This document shows positions 1-8,832 of a DNA stretch of 55,778 nucleotides, piece after piece. Source of the DNA: Spirochaetota bacterium (GTDB lineage: Bacteria > Spirochaetota > UBA4802 > UBA5550); assembly GCA_038241375.1 (NCBI GenBank), contig JBBRFT010000001.1, positions 1 to 55,778 on the forward strand. Reading direction: 5' to 3'. The stretch's first letter is position 1, and every line of letters begins with the position of its first letter. Position numbers and translations under genes: made by a program. Under the pieces are notes generated by a model. It had not been told where the DNA came from. It did not search any database and saw only the letters and a list, made by a program, of their open reading frames with translations.

Positions 1-42
1 ATAATATGTCTATCATTATTAAGAAGCTATAAATATAGATAG

Positions 43-113
43 ACTGCTCAAAAACTAAAGATAAAACTGTTCTTCGGCGCGGCGGAGATAAACGTCACAA
101 GTTTATGGGTAAG
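43..113 (+). repeat. Conserved intergenic element, copy 1 (candidate structured RNA / cis-regulatory element)
   Basis: Shares ordered blocks ACTGCTCAAAAAC, GATAAAA, GTTCT, AGATAAA, GTCACA and GTTTATG-GTA with 24289-24369. The central hairpin differs in sequence but still pairs (CTTCG/CGGAG here, CTCTGCA/TGCAGAG in copy 2). It ends about 30 nt upstream of the kinase ATG. Confidence 0.5.
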
Positions 114-143
114 TACAATACAGGCTTATAAAAAAAGGGATAT

Positions 144-2249
144 ATGTTTAAAACAGATAATCGGAATATAAAAAACATCTTATACTGGATAGTGAAAATA
201 TTTATACCGAATCTTATCCTTGCAATATTTATTTTCGGACTACTGGCTTACGCTGAAAATATTAAACAATCCACTTATTATCTGCTTCTCGGAGGGATGC
301 TGATCTATTTCTTTTCACGCCTGTATTTTTATTACTACAAAGTAGGTTTTTTTCTCTGGACCAATTTAAAAAATTTAAGACAGATCGTTGCTGAATTCAA
401 AAAAGGGAAATTTATACTGAACGAGTCCGAAATAAGTGTAACAGATAATGTGTCGCAGGTATTAAAAGAACTGCTCACTGTGGGTAAACAGTTTGAATCG
501 ATAGTTTCATCTCAGAGTGATGAACTCAAAAAATTTCATGAAATATACAGCCATATAATCTGCTCGATTAATTCACATTTTATTGTTATAGATAAAAATG
601 AAAAAATTCTCTATGTAAATGAAAGCTTCTGTAAAAAATTCAACATCGAAGGGGAGAAGGTTATAGGTAAAGGTCTCAGCAGTGTTTTTTACTTTGTAAA
701 CACCCGTCTCAAAATGGGGATAAGCCATGTAATAAAAAATGGAGAGAAAGACTCTTCCGTATTGAAAAATGTTCATTTAATGTCGGTTAACAGAAAATCG
801 ATAATATCCGATCTTAAAATTTCAACCATGAACCTGAAGGGTGAAGAACAGATCGTAATTATTATCGATGACATCACTGACCGGTTCAGCAAGGATTATC
901 ATGCGTCAATTTTAAGCCATCTCTCTGAAACAATGGGTGTTGAAAACGAAACTGAAACTACTTTTTATAATATACTTACAGGCGTAACCTCCGGTTCGGG
1001 ACTCGGTTTTAACCGGGCAATGCTCTTTATGGTTGAAAATGATGAGCTGCAGGGGAAGATGGCAGTGGGCCCCGATTCCTTTGAAGAGGCCATTGAGATA
1101 TGGAACTCTCTCTCCTCGGCTGATATCGATGTTACAGTACAGTATCCCATCGAGATTAAACGGGGCAGTCTTCTAAAAAAAGTTCAATCGTACCGTGTGA
1201 GTCTTGCAGAGGATAGTATATTTACTCAGGCAATAAAAAATATGGAGAGAATCCATATCCGGAACTCAGGGTCAGATACAAGAGTAAATGAAGATATAAG
1301 AAATTTTATGGAAGTTGATGAATTTCTGATTATGCCGATGATATCATTTCAGAAAACAATAGGTATAATTGTCGCGGACAATAAATATAACATGACAGGG
1401 ATATCTCTTCAAAGTATTGATCTTCTATCAATTTTCTGCTTCCAGTCGGCATTTCTTATTGAAAGTTATCTCAATCTCATCGAAGTAAAAAAAGAGATGA
1501 AAAAAATTGAAGAGAGACAGGACGCGATTATCGAATCTGAAAAGATGGCGGCAGTGGGAAGAATTGCCTCCCATATAGCACATGAAATAAGAAATCCCCT
1601 TGTAACAATGGGAGGATATTCCAAACGAATTTTAAAGTATACTTCCGAGAATATGCTCGATATAAAGAAAGTAATAAAATCTGCGGATATTATTCTAAAA
1701 GAATCCGAGCGTCTCGAGAAAATCCTTTCGAATGTAATGGACTTCACAAAACCGTCAAAATATATAAAAGAATTCAATGATGTGAATCATATAATCAGAG
1801 ACACATACCGTCTGCTTAAAAATGTTCTCCTTGAGAAAAATATAAAAGTAAATATGAATCTTTCTGAGAATATTCCAAATGTAAAATCCGATTTTAATCA
1901 GATGAAACAGGTGTTTTTGAATCTGTTCCAGAATGCGATTGAAGCAACACCTTCCGGCGGAACTCTAGCCATCTCGACAGCACCGGAGGAGACAGATGTT
2001 GTGATACGGTTCATTGACAGCGGAACCGGTATTAAAGCAGAAAATCTGGAACTGCTTTTCGAACCATTTTTTACAACAAAAGTAACCGGTGTCGGACTTG
2101 GTCTTGCTAATGTTAAAAAGATAATTAAAGATCATAAAGGGAAAATTTCAGCACTGAATAATGATGATGGGGGAGCAGAATTTATAATTAAACTCCCTAT
2201 ACCCTCATCTGAACAAAAAATTATTGAAACTGATGTTTTTATTCAATAA
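144..2249 (+). CDS. Membrane sensor histidine kinase (TM - PAS - GAF-like - HisKA - HATPase_c)
   Basis: 701-aa ORF with an AAGGGA RBS. Hydrophobic N-terminus. H-box SHIAHEIRNPL, N-box LFQNAIEA, G-boxes DSGTGI and GVGLGL. Confidence 0.85.
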   Translation: MFKTDNRNIKNILYWIVKIFIPNLILAIFIFGLLAYAENIKQSTYYLLLGGMLIYFFSRLYFYYYKVGFFLWTNLKNLRQIVAEFKKGKFILNESEISVTDNVSQVLKELLTVGKQFESIVSSQSDELKKFHEIYSHIICSINSHFIVIDKNEKILYVNESFCKKFNIEGEKVIGKGLSSVFYFVNTRLKMGISHVIKNGEKDSSVLKNVHLMSVNRKSIISDLKISTMNLKGEEQIVIIIDDITDRFSKDYHASILSHLSETMGVENETETTFYNILTGVTSGSGLGFNRAMLFMVENDELQGKMAVGPDSFEEAIEIWNSLSSADIDVTVQYPIEIKRGSLLKKVQSYRVSLAEDSIFTQAIKNMERIHIRNSGSDTRVNEDIRNFMEVDEFLIMPMISFQKTIGIIVADNKYNMTGISLQSIDLLSIFCFQSAFLIESYLNLIEVKKEMKKIEERQDAIIESEKMAAVGRIASHIAHEIRNPLVTMGGYSKRILKYTSENMLDIKKVIKSADIILKESERLEKILSNVMDFTKPSKYIKEFNDVNHIIRDTYRLLKNVLLEKNIKVNMNLSENIPNVKSDFNQMKQVFLNLFQNAIEATPSGGTLAISTAPEETDVVIRFIDSGTGIKAENLELLFEPFFTTKVTGVGLGLANVKKIIKDHKGKISALNNDDGGAEFIIKLPIPSSEQKIIETDVFIQ

Positions 2250-2306
2250 TATTTGATTATCACTTTCAATGCGTATATTATAGTTTTGTCTGGTAATAAT
2301 TCTCTA

Positions 2307-2336
2307 TCCCCTCGCCGCCAAATGGAGCGAAGGGGA
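2307..2336. repeat. GC-rich intergenic hairpin (REP-like)
   Basis: TCCCCTCGC ... GCGAAGGGGA, a 9-10 bp stem with one bulge. It forms a GC island in AT-rich spacer and contains CGCCGCC. Confidence 0.5.
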
Positions 2337-2384
2337 CAATATTTTTATAATATACTATTGAGACTTAAGATTGAATTAGATCTT

Positions 2385-2465
2385 GTCATTTCAAACGTAT
2401 GTGAGAAATCTTAAATTTAATGCAAGAATCAGATTTCTCAGTCGCTATCGCTTCTTCGAAATGAC
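2385..2465. repeat. Long imperfect palindrome (~81 nt)
   Basis: Outer arms GTCATTTCAAA / TTCGAAATGAC and inner arms GTGAGAAATCT / AGATTTCTCAG, each matching 10 of 11. Confidence 0.55.
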
Positions 2466-2599
2466 AGATTATCAACTATTTCATTTTTAAAAAGTTATAA
2501 TTGTTACCCGGCAGAAACGGGATGTTAGTAATCGGAAGTAAAAAACAGATCTGTACGGTAAATGCAGAGTATATAAATTAATAAATTCAGGTGGAACTT

Positions 2600-2950
2600 A
2601 TGCCAAAGTTACTGATTGTTGAAGATGAAGAGAGTCTGAGGGATCTCTACGAAGAAGATCTTATAGACGCGGGATATGAAGTCGAAAAAGCCTCTAACGG
2701 AAAAGAGGCCATGGAACTTGTTAAAAAAGGGAACTTTGATCTTATTATAATGGATATAAGAATGCCCGAAATGGACGGGATTGAGACACTGGGGAAAGTA
2801 ATTACCCAGGAGAAAAAAATCCCTGTAATTATCTACACGGCATACTCAAACTACAAAAGCAATTTTATGACATGGACAGCCGATGCATATTTAACAAAAT
2901 CTTCAAATCTTGATGAACTTAAAAATAAGATCAGTGAACTTCTCGCTTAG
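2600..2950 (+). CDS. Single-domain response regulator (receiver only)
   Basis: LLIVEDEE, IIMDIRMPEMDG, YTAYS and YLTK receiver motifs. AGGTGG lies 5 nt upstream of the ATG at 2600, so I prefer it to the GTG at 2591 in the ORF track. Confidence 0.85.
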   Translation: MPKLLIVEDEESLRDLYEEDLIDAGYEVEKASNGKEAMELVKKGNFDLIIMDIRMPEMDGIETLGKVITQEKKIPVIIYTAYSNYKSNFMTWTADAYLTKSSNLDELKNKISELLA

Positions 2951-3335
2951 AGATGCTCTTCTGCAGATAAAAAGTACATCTGGAAGTATCAGATTCCCAT
3001 ACGGTTACAGATTCAACATATAGATCAGGATTGATCTCTGTAATCTCCTTCTGTGCTTCCAGAGCAATATACTCCGCAATATTTTCCGAACTCGGATTTA
3101 TAACATTAAAAGGCTCAACTTCATTGATATTTTTATGATCAAGATGATTGGTTATTTTCTTTAAAATGTCTTTAAGGTCATGAAAATCGATAAGAAGCCC
3201 TATCTCATTAAGCTTCTCACCCTGGACATTAAGAACAACTCTCCAGTTGTGCCCGTGAATATTCTCGCACTTCCCTTGATATCCTCTAAGCTGATGTGCA
3301 GATGCAAAATGATCCTCTATTGTCAATACGTACAT
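2931..3335 (-). CDS. queD: 6-carboxy-5,6,7,8-tetrahydropterin synthase (QueD / PTPS family)
   Basis: 134 aa with a CENIHGHNW (Cx3HGH) motif and a family-typical N-terminus, EDHFASAHQL. GGGGGAG RBS. Its 3' end overlaps the convergent receiver gene by 20 nt. Confidence 0.8.
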   Translation of the reverse strand: MYVLTIEDHFASAHQLRGYQGKCENIHGHNWRVVLNVQGEKLNEIGLLIDFHDLKDILKKITNHLDHKNINEVEPFNVINPSSENIAEYIALEAQKEITEINPDLYVESVTVWESDTSRCTFYLQKSISKREVH

Positions 3336-3366
3336 TGTTTTTCTCCCCCTCTGTCGCTATGCGACA

Positions 3367-3392
3367 TCTCCCCCATGATGAGATGGGGGAGA
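3367..3392. other. Perfect 10-bp GC-rich hairpin between the DegT-like gene and queD
   Basis: TCTCCCCCAT gatgag ATGGGGGAGA. No U-tract follows on the minus strand, so it is not a canonical terminator. Confidence 0.55.
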
Positions 3393-3468
3393 CTGTTTAT
3401 TGAATTAAAATATTATACAATAATATTTTCAAAATCTGTGTAAAAACAGAACCTATTGTTACAATCTT

Positions 3469-4503
3469 CTAGATAAATGCTCCGAGTGATTTTGATATCT
3501 TATCTATCTCTTTTTTTGTAAGAGTCGGATATAACGGAATAGAATGAAGCTTTTTAGAAAGCCTGTCGGCATTAGGATAATCAAAGCCTTTAAGTCCCGC
3601 GATAACGTGAAGCGGTGAAGGGAGAACTCTTGAAGCTTCAATCCCGCACTTCTTCCAATACTTGTCAACTCTGTCGACCGGAGCATCAAATATTACAGGA
3701 AAGCTCTGATAGCTGAATGAATCATTATATGGGAAAAGAGGTCTGTGAGAGGTAATCCTTATTGCTTCGTAATATTTATTTGCAATTTCACGTCTTCTTT
3801 TCAGAAAATCTTTAAGTTTCATAACCTGTGTAATCCCCATGGCACCCTGCAGATCGGTCATAGTGAGATCGAAATTAATGCTTTCATCGTTGTATCCACG
3901 GAGATCTCTCATTACAGAAAAATATCGTGAATTGTTAGTCAGAACCATCCCGCCATTACTCGTTGTAATAATCATCGACGGAGCAAATGATGCAACTGCG
4001 AACGTCCCCCATGAACCTGCTGGTTTTTCACCAAATTCTGTACCTGCTGAGTGTGAAATTTCTGCGATCAGAGGGATATTTAACTCTTTAAGCTCCTCTC
4101 CATCAAAATGAAAACCGAATGTATCCCCGGCTATTATAGCCTTTGTCTTTTCATTGATTTTCTCTTTAATCTGAGCGGTAGATGGAAAAATTGAATTTTC
4201 ATCTGAATCTATTATTACAGGAACTCCGCCTGTAAGTTTTAGTGCACTTAGCGCTGCATTATTGAAAAATGACGGGATTATAATCTCATCCTCTCCCCCT
4301 ATCTCAAGCGCCTTAAAAACCAGCAGATATGCCGATACCAGCGAATTCACCGCCAGGGGATATTTAAATCCTGATAGTTCCGAAACAGCCGCTTCGAAAT
4401 TTTTTACAGCCCCGCCGGTATTAAGCTCATCCTGCATAAGACAATCGAGAACTCCTTCAAGCTCTTTTCTTGTAATAGTAGGCTTACTTGACAATATTTT
4501 CAT
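3469..4503 (-). CDS. DegT/DnrJ/EryC1/StrS-fold protein lacking the PLP Schiff-base lysine
   Basis: 344 aa with family-like blocks DEIIIPSFF, KTKAII and SFAPSMIITTSNGGMV. The last block aligns with the family motif SF...K.ITTGEGG, with Met in place of Lys. Confidence 0.75.
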   Translation of the reverse strand: MKILSSKPTITRKELEGVLDCLMQDELNTGGAVKNFEAAVSELSGFKYPLAVNSLVSAYLLVFKALEIGGEDEIIIPSFFNNAALSALKLTGGVPVIIDSDENSIFPSTAQIKEKINEKTKAIIAGDTFGFHFDGEELKELNIPLIAEISHSAGTEFGEKPAGSWGTFAVASFAPSMIITTSNGGMVLTNNSRYFSVMRDLRGYNDESINFDLTMTDLQGAMGITQVMKLKDFLKRRREIANKYYEAIRITSHRPLFPYNDSFSYQSFPVIFDAPVDRVDKYWKKCGIEASRVLPSPLHVIAGLKGFDYPNADRLSKKLHSIPLYPTLTKKEIDKISKSLGAFI

Positions 4504-4561
4504 TTATTTCTTCTCTATAATAGTTATTTTTAATATCAACATTTTATTTAAGTCCACCTCC

Positions 4562-4576
4562 GGGGGATTTAGGGGG
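4562..4576. repeat. 15-mer GGGGGATTTAGGGGG
   Basis: The exact reverse complement is found at 14356-14370. A partial third copy, GATTTAGGGGGC, is at 14375-14386. Confidence 0.6.
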
Positions 4577-4751
4577 CCTCCCGGGAAGATCTCTCTCTAC
4601 TTAAAAATGTAGTCAGCTGTAATTCTTCTCTGATAATACCATATCAAAAAGAGGTCAAGGATTTTTGCGACATAAAATTAAATTATGATTAAGGATAGAA
4701 TATCAGATTCCGATAAGATAAACAGGTGTTTATATATTCGGAGGTACCAAC

Positions 4752-5768
4752 ATGAACAAATTGCTGAAAAGCATATCAATATCCCTGGCCGGTGCAATAG
4801 TTATGATGCTATTTATTGGATGCACTCCCGGGAAAGCCCAGACAAGAGGCAATGATTACAAGGGGAGCTTCCAGAGTGAAGAATTTGAAACATTTGGCAA
4901 TGATAACGGTTCAAATGATGACGTAATCCCTGCAATGAATAAAACTAAATCCGCGGATTCCGGGGATAAATATGCTGATAATAGTAAAAACTATAATAAT
5001 CCCCGCGTAAAATCGGAATCAGGATATAACGAAGTTAAAGGAAAATATTCAGATCCAGAAAATTATAGTGATGCAGCTGAAAACGGAACAAACAGCAGAA
5101 ACAGAGACTATGAGGATGAAACTGACAACGATGCGAATGTTTCTGAGAAATTCGACCAGAAAGGATTAGCTTCATGGTACGGAAGAGAGTTTCACGGTAA
5201 AACAACTGCTTCCGGCGAAAAATTCGACATGAACGATATGACTGCTGCTCATAAAACTCTGCCTTTCGGAACAATCGTGGAAGTAAAAAATCTTGATAAT
5301 GGAAGAGCTGTCAGACTGAAAATAAACGATAGAGGTCCTTACAGAGGGAACAGAATCATAGATCTGTCATTCGGCGGAGCCAAAGAGATAGGCATGATTA
5401 AAACCGGTGAAGCAAATGTCGGAATAAAAGTATTGAGAATGGGGAACAGCGGAAAAGTCGCAGCCGCAAAAACTTCAGGAAAATATGTAGAACCTGTATC
5501 TGATGATGAAGCATATGTAAATGTAAGAAGTGAAAGAGAATCTGAATATAGTTCAGGTATTAAACTTCAGGCCGGGGCATTCTACACAAGAAAAAATGCC
5601 GAAAATCTTAAATCAAAGATTGAAAACATAACCGACCGCCCCGTAAAAATAGTCCAGGATAATGAGTTCTTTAAAGTCCATGTTGAAGGATTAAAAGACA
5701 AACGAGATGTAAACAAAGTTAAAAGCATTTTAAGCGACGAGAGTATTTCATCGTTTGTAGTTGAATAG
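4752..5768 (+). CDS. rlpA: RlpA-like lytic transglycosylase (DPBB domain) with C-terminal SPOR domain
   Basis: Lipoprotein signal with Cys (LFIGC). ASWYGREFHGKTTASGEKFD and INDRGPY DPBB motifs. SPOR-like tail LQAGAF...NA..L. GGAGG RBS. Confidence 0.8.
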   Translation: MNKLLKSISISLAGAIVMMLFIGCTPGKAQTRGNDYKGSFQSEEFETFGNDNGSNDDVIPAMNKTKSADSGDKYADNSKNYNNPRVKSESGYNEVKGKYSDPENYSDAAENGTNSRNRDYEDETDNDANVSEKFDQKGLASWYGREFHGKTTASGEKFDMNDMTAAHKTLPFGTIVEVKNLDNGRAVRLKINDRGPYRGNRIIDLSFGGAKEIGMIKTGEANVGIKVLRMGNSGKVAAAKTSGKYVEPVSDDEAYVNVRSERESEYSSGIKLQAGAFYTRKNAENLKSKIENITDRPVKIVQDNEFFKVHVEGLKDKRDVNKVKSILSDESISSFVVE

Positions 5769-5799
5769 AAAAACTCCATTTTAAAACTATAATATGTAC

Positions 5800-5837
5800 A
5801 AAATAGAACAAGGGGTTGAAACCCCTTGTTCTATTTT
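5800..5837. terminator. Bidirectional intrinsic terminator between rlpA and tyrA
   Basis: 16-bp perfect stem AAAATAGAACAAGGGG / CCCCTTGTTCTATTTT with loop TTGAAA. A/T runs lie on both sides. Confidence 0.75.
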
Positions 5838-5841
5838 AAAA

Positions 5842-6615
5842 CTACTTTATATTTTCCCGCAGTTTAGTCAGAAGCTTTTCCATCTCTTCATAATCTCTTG
5901 CTTTAATAATATGAGTCAGATATGACAGTTGTGAGTTTATGCTTTCAATCTGTTTAAGAGTATAAGGATTAAAAAGAATTTCAGATACAAGATAATCATC
6001 TTCAGAGAGAAGTCCCTTTGCTATCTCCATATGCTTTTTGAATGTAGTACCAGGGGCATCAATTTTTTTCATACACGCGGCAAATACAAGTGATGAAGCG
6101 AACGGTGTGGATAGAGAGTACGCTGTAATTTCGTCATGTTCTTTAAATGAGTATTCGTAAATATTAAGTTTAAGATCTTTAAAAAGATTCAAGAAGAATT
6201 CCTTACCCTCTTCATCGGACTCGGTTATTACAATGGCACTTTCATTGCTAAGATTTCTCACATTCCCGAAAGTCGGTCCGAACATCGGGTGAGTGGAGAC
6301 GAATCTTCTTCCGGTGTTTTTATAGTAATCAACAAGACCATTTTTAACTGAAGTTATATCCGAAAGAATACAGTTTTCCGGAATAAGCGGCAGCAGTGTA
6401 TCAAAGACCTCTTCAGTTTTATGAAGACTTACGCAGTTTATAACCATATCCGGTTTAAACTCTTTCACTTCATCAAGCGACATGTATCTATGAACATTTA
6501 CAAAATATTTTAATTTTCGCGGATCAGTATCGAAAACCGCCACTTCATTATCATGACAGAGTTCTTCAGTGAGCCAGCTCCCCATATGGCCGGCTCCTAT
6601 AATAAAAATTTTCAT
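5842..6615 (-). CDS. tyrA: Prephenate dehydrogenase
   Basis: 257 aa with Rossmann motif IIGAGHMG and the family block STHPMFGP. Its start overlaps the pheA stop by 4 nt. Confidence 0.8.
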   Translation of the reverse strand: MKIFIIGAGHMGSWLTEELCHDNEVAVFDTDPRKLKYFVNVHRYMSLDEVKEFKPDMVINCVSLHKTEEVFDTLLPLIPENCILSDITSVKNGLVDYYKNTGRRFVSTHPMFGPTFGNVRNLSNESAIVITESDEEGKEFFLNLFKDLKLNIYEYSFKEHDEITAYSLSTPFASSLVFAACMKKIDAPGTTFKKHMEIAKGLLSEDDYLVSEILFNPYTLKQIESINSQLSYLTHIIKARDYEEMEKLLTKLRENIK

Positions 6616-7694
6616 TCTTCCTCTCCTTTTATCGTCTCATCAGCAATAAATTTTTCCACATAGCATCCAAGAAGTTTAAGATCCACTGTCGCAATCGTCG
6701 CTTTTTCAAGAGCTTCTATTATTACCGGATCTTTATCGGAACCGTCAAAATCAAGAAAAAATGAATACTTACCGGGTTCTGTCGGTATCGACTCAATCCT
6801 GGTAAGGTTTATTCCGGCGCTTGCGAATATTTCGAGTACTCCGAAAAGTGTTCCGGACTTATGAGCAGTCGTAAATGTAATAGAACATTTAGTCCCGTGA
6901 CTTTCACTCTTCTCTTTTGCAAGAATCAGAAATCTTGTTCTGTTTACATCGGAATCCTGAATATTATCCTTTAGTATCTCAAGACTGTAAAGCTCGGCAG
7001 CAAGTCTGCCGGCTATACATGCTGCGGCTCTTGGTTTTGTTTCAGTAAGCATTCGTGCCGCACCCGCAGTGTCGTAAAACGGAACAGGTGTAAGATTGTT
7101 TCTGGATAGAAACCGTCTGCACTGCGACAGAGCCTGCGAATGTGAATATACTTCACGAATCTCGCGGTGGTCAGTACCGGGGAGCATGAGAAGATTATGG
7201 TGAATGGGCATATCCACCGCACCGACAATAAAAAGCTCAGTGTTTATGAGAAGTTCATTTACGGGTCCCACAATTCCGCCGAGAGTATTTTCAACAGGAA
7301 CAACTCCGTAATCGAACATCCCGGAGTTTACGCCTTCAAATACTCCATTAAAAGTAGTACAAGGGATAGTAAGCAGATCTTTGCTCCATCTTCTTGCTGC
7401 ATCTTCACTATAAGCTCCATGCTCACCCTGAAAACCGATTACCTGACAATCTTTCGCCTGTAGCTCCTTGCTCCAAGATATAATCAGTTTATAAATCGAT
7501 TCCGTCAGATTCTGATCGAGAAGTGAATTCGGTGTATGCTTGAGTTTCTCCATAATATCTTTTTCACGCTGGGGATCCTCAATTGAATTTTTAAATTTTT
7601 TAGCCAGAAGCGCCTGTTCCATTCTGTCATTAAGAAGCTTCAGTATTTTAGAATCGATCTGGTCTATGGCCGTTCTTATCTCTTCAAGTTTCAT
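6612..7694 (-). CDS. pheA: Bifunctional chorismate mutase / prephenate dehydratase with ACT domain
   Basis: CM helix MKLEEIRTAIDQIDSKILKLLNDR, then a PDT domain (GEHGAYSE, TRF) and a C-terminal ACT-like region. GGAG lies 10 nt upstream of the ATG at 7694. The longer start at 7739 has no RBS. Confidence 0.85.
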   Translation of the reverse strand: MKLEEIRTAIDQIDSKILKLLNDRMEQALLAKKFKNSIEDPQREKDIMEKLKHTPNSLLDQNLTESIYKLIISWSKELQAKDCQVIGFQGEHGAYSEDAARRWSKDLLTIPCTTFNGVFEGVNSGMFDYGVVPVENTLGGIVGPVNELLINTELFIVGAVDMPIHHNLLMLPGTDHREIREVYSHSQALSQCRRFLSRNNLTPVPFYDTAGAARMLTETKPRAAACIAGRLAAELYSLEILKDNIQDSDVNRTRFLILAKEKSESHGTKCSITFTTAHKSGTLFGVLEIFASAGINLTRIESIPTEPGKYSFFLDFDGSDKDPVIIEALEKATIATVDLKLLGCYVEKFIADETIKGEEE

Positions 7695-7848
7695 TATATA
7701 TACTCCATTTAAAATTTTTTCATTCCGCCCGCCGCTCATGGCGCGGGATAAGCGATCCGGAGATTCCCCCGAAACCCCTGCCAGTCAGATCATCTGCTAA
7801 CTGGATAGACACACGGCTTCAAAAAAGCCGCGGGTGAACGGTGATTCT

Positions 7849-8832
7849 TTATAAAGAATAAGACCTGTTTATTAAAAAAAGATCCGCAGCTGCAATAGCG
7901 GCGCAGGCTTCAAAAACAACCGGCGCACGAAGCGCGATGCATGCGTCGTGTCTCCCCTGTATTATTAAGCTTCCCGTTTGACCTGTTTCGAGATTAACTG
8001 TCTGCTGTTCCATTTTTATACTGGGAGTAGGCTTAACCGCTACTCTGAATACAACTTCATTCCCGTTTGTTATCCCGCCGTTTACCCCCCCTGCATTATT
8101 TGTGGCAGTTCTGCCCTCAGTGGAAATGATTGAATCATTATGTTCACTGCCGCGCATTCCTGCTGCTGCAAAACCTGAACCGAACTCAATTCCTTTAACA
8201 GCAGGAACAGAAAAGACTATATGACTGATACAGGACTCAAATGAATTGAAAAAAGGCTCACCTAATCCTGCGGGTAGATTTGTTATTTTTACTTCAATAA
8301 CACCTCCCGCTGAATCCCCAGCAGCAATTACCTCTTCCAGTAATTCTGCATAATCGGCTTTACCGGCAATAGTCAAAATTCGTGACTGAATAGTAATACC
8401 ATTTAAAACTTTTTTTGCAAGCGCCCCTGCAGCAACAAGCGGGAGAGTAATTCTTCCGGAGAAATGCCCTCCCCCCCGGGGATCATTAAATCCTTTATAT
8501 TTCTGCATCCCTGTTAAATCTGCGTGCCCCGGCCTGGGCATATTCCGGAGCTTATCATAATCTGAAGAAATTGTATTACTGTTTTTGAAAATAATTGTAA
8601 GCGGCGCACCTGTTGTCTTCCCGTTATAAATGCCGCTTAATATTTCCGGGATATCACTCTCTTTTCTGGGAGTGGTACCGGCAGCACCGGGCATCCTTTT
8701 CAGTATGTCACTCTCCATATCCGATTCAGAAAAATCTATACCGGGGGGACATCCATCTATGGTGATACCGATGGCCGTACCATGTGATTCGCCGAATATT
8801 GAAACTCTGAAAATATTCCCAAAACTGTTCAT
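7849..8832 (-). CDS. aroC: Chorismate synthase
   Basis: FGNIFRVSIFGESHG, PRPGHAD and GGGHFSGR signature blocks. Confidence 0.9.
   Translation of the reverse strand: MNSFGNIFRVSIFGESHGTAIGITIDGCPPGIDFSESDMESDILKRMPGAAGTTPRKESDIPEILSGIYNGKTTGAPLTIIFKNSNTISSDYDKLRNMPRPGHADLTGMQKYKGFNDPRGGGHFSGRITLPLVAAGALAKKVLNGITIQSRILTIAGKADYAELLEEVIAAGDSAGGVIEVKITNLPAGLGEPFFNSFESCISHIVFSVPAVKGIEFGSGFAAAGMRGSEHNDSIISTEGRTATNNAGGVNGGITNGNEVVFRVAVKPTPSIKMEQQTVNLETGQTGSLIIQGRHDACIALRAPVVFEACAAIAAADLFLINRSYSL

Noticed and set aside
7695-7739. The longer pheA start at 7739 (MSGGRNEKILNGVYI...)
   Set aside because: There is no RBS before 7739, and the extension is GC-rich spacer-like sequence. The chorismate mutase helix begins at the ATG at 7694, which has GGAG 10 nt upstream.
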